64,000 nt of DNA, from the NCBI GenBank assembly GCA_031362565.1, contig JANLSU010000107.1, forward strand, positions 1 through 64,000, in the 5' to 3' direction. The stretch comes from a bacterium. GTDB taxonomy: Bacteria; Krumholzibacteriota; Krumholzibacteriia; G020349025. Made by a program: the position numbers and the translations under genes. Shown piece by piece: positions 59,071 to 64,000 of the stretch; positions within the stretch are counted from its first letter, which is position 1; each line of letters begins with the position of its first letter. The notes under the pieces are model-generated. The model saw only the letters and a list, made by a program, of their open reading frames with translations, was not told where the DNA came from and did no database searches.

Positions 59071-60009
59071 CTAAATAAACAGCGAGCTGACCGACTCCTC
59101 GTGGTGAATGTTGAGGATGGCCTTGCTCAGTAATTTCGAAATATCCAACACCTTGATCTTGGCCGGCACGTTCGCGCCGCGCATCGGCAGCGTATTGGTG
59201 ACCGTTACTTCGTCGATCGGTGCCTCTTCCAGATTCTGGAATGCCCGCCCGGTGAACACCCCGTGCGTGGCGCTGGCGATGATGCGCTTGGCGCCGCGTT
59301 CCTTGAGCGCTTCCGCCGCTTGCTTGATGGTGCCGGCCGTATTGATCATGTCATCCAGAATGATGCAGTTGCGGCCCTCGACTTCACCGATCAGATTCAT
59401 CATTTCCGTCTTGTCGGGACCGGTGCGCCGCTTGTCGACGATCACCAGGTCGGCGTCGAGCCGCTTGGCGAACGCCCGCGCCATCTTCACGGCGCCGGCG
59501 TCCGGTGCCACGACGACGACACCTTCGGTCTGCAGGCCCGCGAAGTGCGACATGATCACCGGTGCCGCGAACAGATGATCGAGCGGGATGTCGAAGAACC
59601 CCTGGATCTGCGGCGAGTGCAGATCCATCGTCAGGACGCGATCGGCGCCCGCGGTGGCAATCAGATTGGCGATCAATTTGGCGGTGATCGGCACGCGCGG
59701 CTGGTCTTTGCGGTCGGCGCGCGCATAGCCGTAGTAGGGCACGACCGCCGTCACCCGCCGCGCCGACGCCCGCCGGCAAGCGTCGATGAGCATGAGCAGT
59801 TCCAGCAAATGGTCGGCCGGCGGATACGTCGATTGCACGATGAACAAATCCACGCCGCGGACGTTTTCCTCGACCTGCACGAAGATCTCGCCGTCCGTGA
59901 AGCGGGTTACCTCGCAGTTCCCCAGCTTCTGGCCCAGATGCTTGCACACCGACTCGGCGAGCGCCCGGCTGGCGTTGCCGGCGATGACGAGCAGTTTTTC
60001 CTTGGCCAC
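59071..60009 (-). CDS. prs: Ribose-phosphate pyrophosphokinase
   Basis: FTDGE, PYYGYARADRK, DLHSPQIQGFFD, PDAG, DDMINTAGT. Confidence 0.97.
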   Translation of the reverse strand: MAKEKLLVIAGNASRALAESVCKHLGQKLGNCEVTRFTDGEIFVQVEENVRGVDLFIVQSTYPPADHLLELLMLIDACRRASARRVTAVVPYYGYARADRKDQPRVPITAKLIANLIATAGADRVLTMDLHSPQIQGFFDIPLDHLFAAPVIMSHFAGLQTEGVVVVAPDAGAVKMARAFAKRLDADLVIVDKRRTGPDKTEMMNLIGEVEGRNCIILDDMINTAGTIKQAAEALKERGAKRIIASATHGVFTGRAFQNLEEAPIDEVTVTNTLPMRGANVPAKIKVLDISKLLSKAILNIHHEESVSSLFI

Positions 60010-60047
60010 GACCGATCACCTCACACGCCGGCAGGCGTGCCGAATCT

Positions 60048-60122
60048 TGGTTGGGGCGGCAGGATTCGAACCTGCGAATGCCAGAGCCAAAGTCTGGTGT
60101 CTTGCCACTTGACGACGCCCCA
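60048..60122 (-). tRNA. tRNA-Gln (anticodon UUG)
   Basis: TGGGGCG acceptor, CCAGA-CTTTGGC-TCTGG anticodon arm, GCAGG-TTCGAAT-CCTGC T arm, encoded CCA; 75 nt. Confidence 0.97.
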
Positions 60123-60127
60123 GTGTG

Positions 60128-60454
60128 TCATCGCGAAGGTCCGAACTCGAACGGGCCCGCAGCGTCCGTCGCATCATCAGCGCCGTCGCGAAACGCCGCG
60201 AGCACCTTCTGTTCAATTTCGGCCCGCATGCCGGCGTGAATCGGGTGTGCCACGTCTTGAAACGTGCCGTCCGGTTTGCGCCGCGACGGCATCGCGACCA
60301 AGAGCCCGCGCGCCGTCCGAATGATTTTGATGCCGCGCACGACGAAGCAGTCGTCGAAGGTCACCGTGGCAAGAGCCAGGAGCCGTTCTTCGTCGCGCCG
60401 CAGGATTCGGATCTCGGTGATGTGCGGCCGGCACTGCACTGCGCCTTGATCCAC
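60128..60454 (-). CDS. spoVG: SpoVG-family nucleic-acid-binding protein
   Basis: ITEIRI, TVTFDDCFVVRGIKII, VAMPSRR, FQDVAHPI; GTG after GGGAGG. Confidence 0.92.
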   Translation of the reverse strand: MDQGAVQCRPHITEIRILRRDEERLLALATVTFDDCFVVRGIKIIRTARGLLVAMPSRRKPDGTFQDVAHPIHAGMRAEIEQKVLAAFRDGADDATDAAGPFEFGPSR

Positions 60455-60470
60455 GTTCGCCTCCCACAAC

Positions 60471-62279
60471 TCAGCGAAACAATTCGACGCCGGTCGAACG
60501 CGATTCGACGATCGGCATCCGCCAGTCGGAGCGGCCCAGCTTGTCGCGCGCCCGCTCGGCGGCGCGCACGGTGCCGAACGCCCCGAACACCCCACTGCCG
60601 CTGCCACTCATGAGTGCGACGGGAGCCCCGAAACGGAGCAAATGGGCGGTGATTTCGGCCACGACAGGCACGGCCGGTCGAACAGCGTCTTCGAGTCGAT
60701 TGTAGAAACTGCGTGCCGCGTCCGGATAACGCGCCAGGATCGACTTGAGTTGGTCTATGCTAAGAGCGGTCGAACGGCGTGTCAATCCCATTCGAAGCTG
60801 CTCATAGGCCCATCCTGTCTGCACCGGCGCGCCCGTAAACACCAACAGGAATATGGTCTTACGTAGCGCCGGGAACCACTCGAGCACGTCGCCGCGACCG
60901 CGGCCGAGTGCGGTTCCACCGCGCAGACAAAAGGCGACATCCGAACCCAAGCTCGCCGCAATCCGCAGCAGGTCGGGCTCCGGCAACGCCAGGCCCCAAA
61001 ACTCGTTCAGGCCGACGAGGGTCGCTGCCGCATCGGCGCTGCCGCCCGCAAAACCGGCGGCAACCGGAATCGTTTTGTACAAGTCGATGCGGACCCCGCG
61101 TGGCGGCGCCTCGAGGCCGGCCGCAGCAAGCAGAGCGCGCGCCGCGCGCATCGCCAAGTTGGTCTCGTCCTGCGGCACGCCGGTCGCGTCGCACAACAGG
61201 TGCAAGCCGCTCGGCCGCGGCACGAAATGCAGCGTGTCGTACATTCCCACCGATTGCAGAACCGTCTCGACCTCGTGGTAGCCATCGGGACGGCGGCGGA
61301 GCACCTCGAGATGCAGGTTGATCTTCGCGAACGCGCGGGCCCCGAGGGCGCCGGTCGGCAACGCTTCGTGGACATCCATGCGCGGCTTGCGCAGGGCGCG
61401 GAGCGCCGTTGCCATCGGTGCGGCGGGCGCCGGTGCGGCCGCGACGGCCGGGGCGTGTGGTGCCCGGCGCGCCAAGGTTTGCAGGCCGCGGCGATCCGGC
61501 GGGCGAAACCCGCCCGGTCGCGGCCCCGGGCCACGCCCGGAACGCGCGTCGCGCCGCGCATCGCCATCGCGGCGCGGCGGCGGCCCGCCCACACGGCGCG
61601 CGTCGCGCGGGCCCTGAGGTCCACGGTCGGGTCGACGTCCACCGTCGCCGGAGCCCGTTGGGCCACGGCCGCGAGGCGGCGGTCCGCCCGGGCCACCCGG
61701 GCCACGGCTGCCTGGTCCTCCGGGGCTACGGCCACGAGCCGGCGGTCCACCCGGCCCTCCTGGACCACGGCCGCGAGGCGGTCCACTGGGTCCACCCGGG
61801 CCACGGTTGCGATCGGGCGGTCCGCCTGGGCCACGGGGTCCACGGCCACGATCAGGCGATCCATTGGGGCCACGACTGCGAGCGGGTGGTCCGCCGTCGC
61901 GCGGGCCGCGGCCACGGGCCGGTGGGCCGCGGCGATCACCACTGCCGCCACTGCCGCCACTGCCGCCGCCGCCGGCGGGCCGGTCGTCGCGCCGGCCACG
62001 ATTGTCCCCGGGCCCACGGCTTGATCCTGGACCCGGGCCGCGGCGTGGTCCGCCGGGGCCCGAACGTGGGCCGGCTCCAGATCCAGCGCCGCCAGGCCGT
62101 GGACGACCGCCACCACTCGACTGGCGTGGGCGGCCGCCGCCCCGCGGCGGGCCGCTGGGGCGGCGCTCGTGCCGGTCGCCACCCGTCTTGCGGCTCGTTT
62201 TGCCATCGGGCGGCGCGGTACCGGCCGCCGGATCCGCGTCCGGTTTCTTCTTCGGTTCGTCAGCGTCGTGCGTGTTCAA
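60471..62279 (-). CDS. ispE: 4-diphosphocytidyl-2-C-methyl-D-erythritol kinase, probably with a long disordered N-terminal extension
   Basis: AFAKINLHL, DGYHE, IPVAAGFAGGSADAA, GSDV, MSGSGS. TTG start at 62279 (GGAG RBS, TTGA overlap); alternative ATG at 61379. Confidence 0.85.
   Translation of the reverse strand: MNTHDADEPKKKPDADPAAGTAPPDGKTSRKTGGDRHERRPSGPPRGGGRPRQSSGGGRPRPGGAGSGAGPRSGPGGPRRGPGPGSSRGPGDNRGRRDDRPAGGGGSGGSGGSGDRRGPPARGRGPRDGGPPARSRGPNGSPDRGRGPRGPGGPPDRNRGPGGPSGPPRGRGPGGPGGPPARGRSPGGPGSRGPGGPGGPPPRGRGPTGSGDGGRRPDRGPQGPRDARRVGGPPPRRDGDARRDARSGRGPGPRPGGFRPPDRRGLQTLARRAPHAPAVAAAPAPAAPMATALRALRKPRMDVHEALPTGALGARAFAKINLHLEVLRRRPDGYHEVETVLQSVGMYDTLHFVPRPSGLHLLCDATGVPQDETNLAMRAARALLAAAGLEAPPRGVRIDLYKTIPVAAGFAGGSADAAATLVGLNEFWGLALPEPDLLRIAASLGSDVAFCLRGGTALGRGRGDVLEWFPALRKTIFLLVFTGAPVQTGWAYEQLRMGLTRRSTALSIDQLKSILARYPDAARSFYNRLEDAVRPAVPVVAEITAHLLRFGAPVALMSGSGSGVFGAFGTVRAAERARDKLGRSDWRMPIVESRSTGVELFR
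61620..62160. repeat. Imperfect tandem repeats encoding RGP/GGP units
   Basis: Recurrent GGGCCACG units; 3x CCACTGCCG at 61939-61965 (GGS x3). Confidence 0.8.
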
Positions 62280-63247
62280 ATGTGTGCTCCATAGATGACA
62301 ACGGCCACACACGCGAACCACGCGAGCACGGCACCCCACAAAGACGGCTGCGTCAGCAGCATTTCGGACGGGTCGCCGCCGCGATTGTGCCGGAAGACCA
62401 GGAACATGTAACGCGTGATCCCGGCAGCGACGACAGGGATCGTGTACACCAGCCCGTCGGTGCCGAAGTGCTGCACCGTGTCCGGCCAGATCGTATAGAT
62501 CGAATACGCCAGCAGCGTGCAGGTCGCCGCCATGTTGATGAGTTGTCCGAGCAATTCGAGGTTGTACGCCTCGAGGGTCCGGCGGTGCTTCGCCGCGTTC
62601 TGCATCGACATGAATTCGTTGCGGCGCTTGCAGAGTCCGAGGAAGAACGACAGGAAGAACGTCACGACCAGCAGCCACGGCGAAATCGTCAGATGCACGC
62701 CGAGCGAGTTGAGGGCCACGACGCCGGCGATCGCCCGGATGATGAAACTGATCGAGATGCTGATCACGTCGACAATGACGACGTTCTTCAGATAGAGCGA
62801 ATACGCCAGATTGAACGCCAGGAACCCAACGCTGATCAGCAAGAAACGCGGTCCCACCAGGAAGGCGGCGCCCAGCGCCACGACCGCCACGAACGCCAAC
62901 CAGGCGACGGCGGTCGCTGCGGGCAGCGCCCCGGAGGCAAGCGGCCGCAGCCGCTTGATCTCGTGCAGCCGATCCTCCTGCATGTCGAGCAGGTCGTTGA
63001 TCGTGTACACCATGCCCGACAAGAGGCAGAACACCGCGCACGCCGCCGCGCTCCGCCACAAGAGCGGCAGGTTGAGCAGGTTCTTCGAGAAAATGAGGCC
63101 CGCGAACAGGATGAGGTTCTTGCTCCACTGGCGGGGCCGCATCTCGCGCACCAGCAGGAACAGCACCGGGCGGTGGAGCGCGCCGGCCGCTGCGGCGGCG
63201 GGTTCCGGCGTGCGGCCGGCGACCGTTTCGAGACCGCGGCGGCTCAC
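62276..63247 (-). CDS. Decaprenyl-phosphate phosphoribosyltransferase-like UbiA-family protein
   Basis: MRPRQWSKN, YTINDLLDMQEDRLH, KRLRPLASG, YSLYLKN, CKRRNE, YSIY, GGDP. Confidence 0.88.
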   Translation of the reverse strand: MSRRGLETVAGRTPEPAAAAAGALHRPVLFLLVREMRPRQWSKNLILFAGLIFSKNLLNLPLLWRSAAACAVFCLLSGMVYTINDLLDMQEDRLHEIKRLRPLASGALPAATAVAWLAFVAVVALGAAFLVGPRFLLISVGFLAFNLAYSLYLKNVVIVDVISISISFIIRAIAGVVALNSLGVHLTISPWLLVVTFFLSFFLGLCKRRNEFMSMQNAAKHRRTLEAYNLELLGQLINMAATCTLLAYSIYTIWPDTVQHFGTDGLVYTIPVVAAGITRYMFLVFRHNRGGDPSEMLLTQPSLWGAVLAWFACVAVVIYGAHI

Positions 63248-63894
63248 GAAGCGCTCCGCGGTTCGGCGGCCGGCATGTTGCGCAGCAGATCGCGAATCTT
63301 GACGACCAACAGATCGATGGCGACCGCGTTGTGCCCGCCGTGCGGAATAATGAGATCGGCGTAGCGTTTCGTCGGCTCGACGAATTGCTGGTACATGGGC
63401 TTCACGGTCTCACGGTATTGCGCCACAATCGATTCGACACTGCGGCCACGTTCGACGATGTCGCGCATCAAGCGGCGCAGCAGGCGCTCGTCGGCGTCTT
63501 CATCGACGAAGATACGAATGTCCATGCGCTCGCGCAGCGCTTCACTCTCGAGCACGAGAATGCCTTCCAGGAGCACGATGTCGGCCGGGCCGAGCAACTG
63601 CATCGAGTCGCGGCGCCGGTGCTGCTCGTAGTCGTAGCGCGGGCTCTGAATGATGCCGCCGCGATCGAGTTCATCCAGATGCTGCAACAGCAGCGCCGTC
63701 TCGAAAGCGTCCGGGTGGTCGTAGTTGACTTGGTCGCGCGAGTCGCGCGGCAAATCGGCGAGATCGACGTAGTAGTTGTCGTGATGGATGATTTCGACCC
63801 GCTCTTCCGGGAAATAGCTCTTCACCCGCAGAGCAGCGGTCGTCTTCCCAGAGCCGGTACCGCCGGCGATACCGATGACGATCGGACGATGCAA
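63244..63894 (-). CDS. udk: Uridine kinase
   Basis: GIAGGTGSGKTT, NYDHPDAF, EGIL, RRLMRD, FVEPTKRYADLIIP. Confidence 0.96.
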   Translation of the reverse strand: MHRPIVIGIAGGTGSGKTTAALRVKSYFPEERVEIIHHDNYYVDLADLPRDSRDQVNYDHPDAFETALLLQHLDELDRGGIIQSPRYDYEQHRRRDSMQLLGPADIVLLEGILVLESEALRERMDIRIFVDEDADERLLRRLMRDIVERGRSVESIVAQYRETVKPMYQQFVEPTKRYADLIIPHGGHNAVAIDLLVVKIRDLLRNMPAAEPRSAS

Positions 63895-64000
63895 CGCGAG
63901 CCTCCGGCGGGAGCGGGCTGGACCTCGAAGCCTATCAAGCTCACGGCCACCGGCGCAACCCCGCCTCCTGCGGCGAGTTCCGCGCGCCCCCGACGATGCG

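Noticed and set aside
60128..60454. spoVG as evidence of sporulation
   Set aside because: SpoVG is known in non-sporulating bacteria, often near ispE and prs.
61620..62160. Repeat region as a CRISPR array or non-coding repeat
   Set aside because: Units are imperfect, codon-phased and lack spacers, and no cas genes are present; better explained as low-complexity coding sequence.
62280..63128. ORF-track extension of IspE to 885 aa
   Set aside because: This part overlaps the ubiA-like gene in another frame; the coupled TTG at 62279 is the plausible upper limit.

Overview
High-GC bacterial chromosomal window, mostly minus-strand genes. The T9SS-type proteins, DUF2723, spoVG and the ispE-tRNA-Gln-prs-rplY-pth-rpsF-rpsR-DUF2232-rplI gene order suggest a diderm in or near the FCB group, e.g. 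Latescibacterota, Krumholzibacteria or Eisenbacteria (inference only). (1) 1-19.8 kb: the rib-nusB operon runs straight into a glycosylation cluster with two GT4s, an epimerase, two polyprenol-phosphate sugar synthases, a flippase-like protein, a DUF2723/TMEM260-like GT-C, YfhO, a GT2 fused to a degenerate phosphoglycosyl transferase, and a PorZ-like propeller missed by the ORF track. (2) 19.8-24.8 kb: a ~4.9 kb block bracketed by two copies of the ribD 5' end (35/37 nt identical), carrying a small-protein/SNF2/SWIM operon and IS relics. (3) 25-36 kb: vapBC-type TA pair, stomatin, GT-C-like protein, YjbR, an RND pump and a GH16-like T9SS cargo. (4) 36-64 kb: mostly housekeeping and envelope genes, including a pseudo-tyrosine-kinase/SPOR fusion and an IspE that probably carries a ~300-aa RGP-rich disordered N-terminus. 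Best candidates for undescribed systems are the TMEM260-like glycosylation pathway, the ribD-inserted SNF2/SWIM module and the pseudokinase-SPOR protein. All family calls are by-eye motif recognition; no searches were run.
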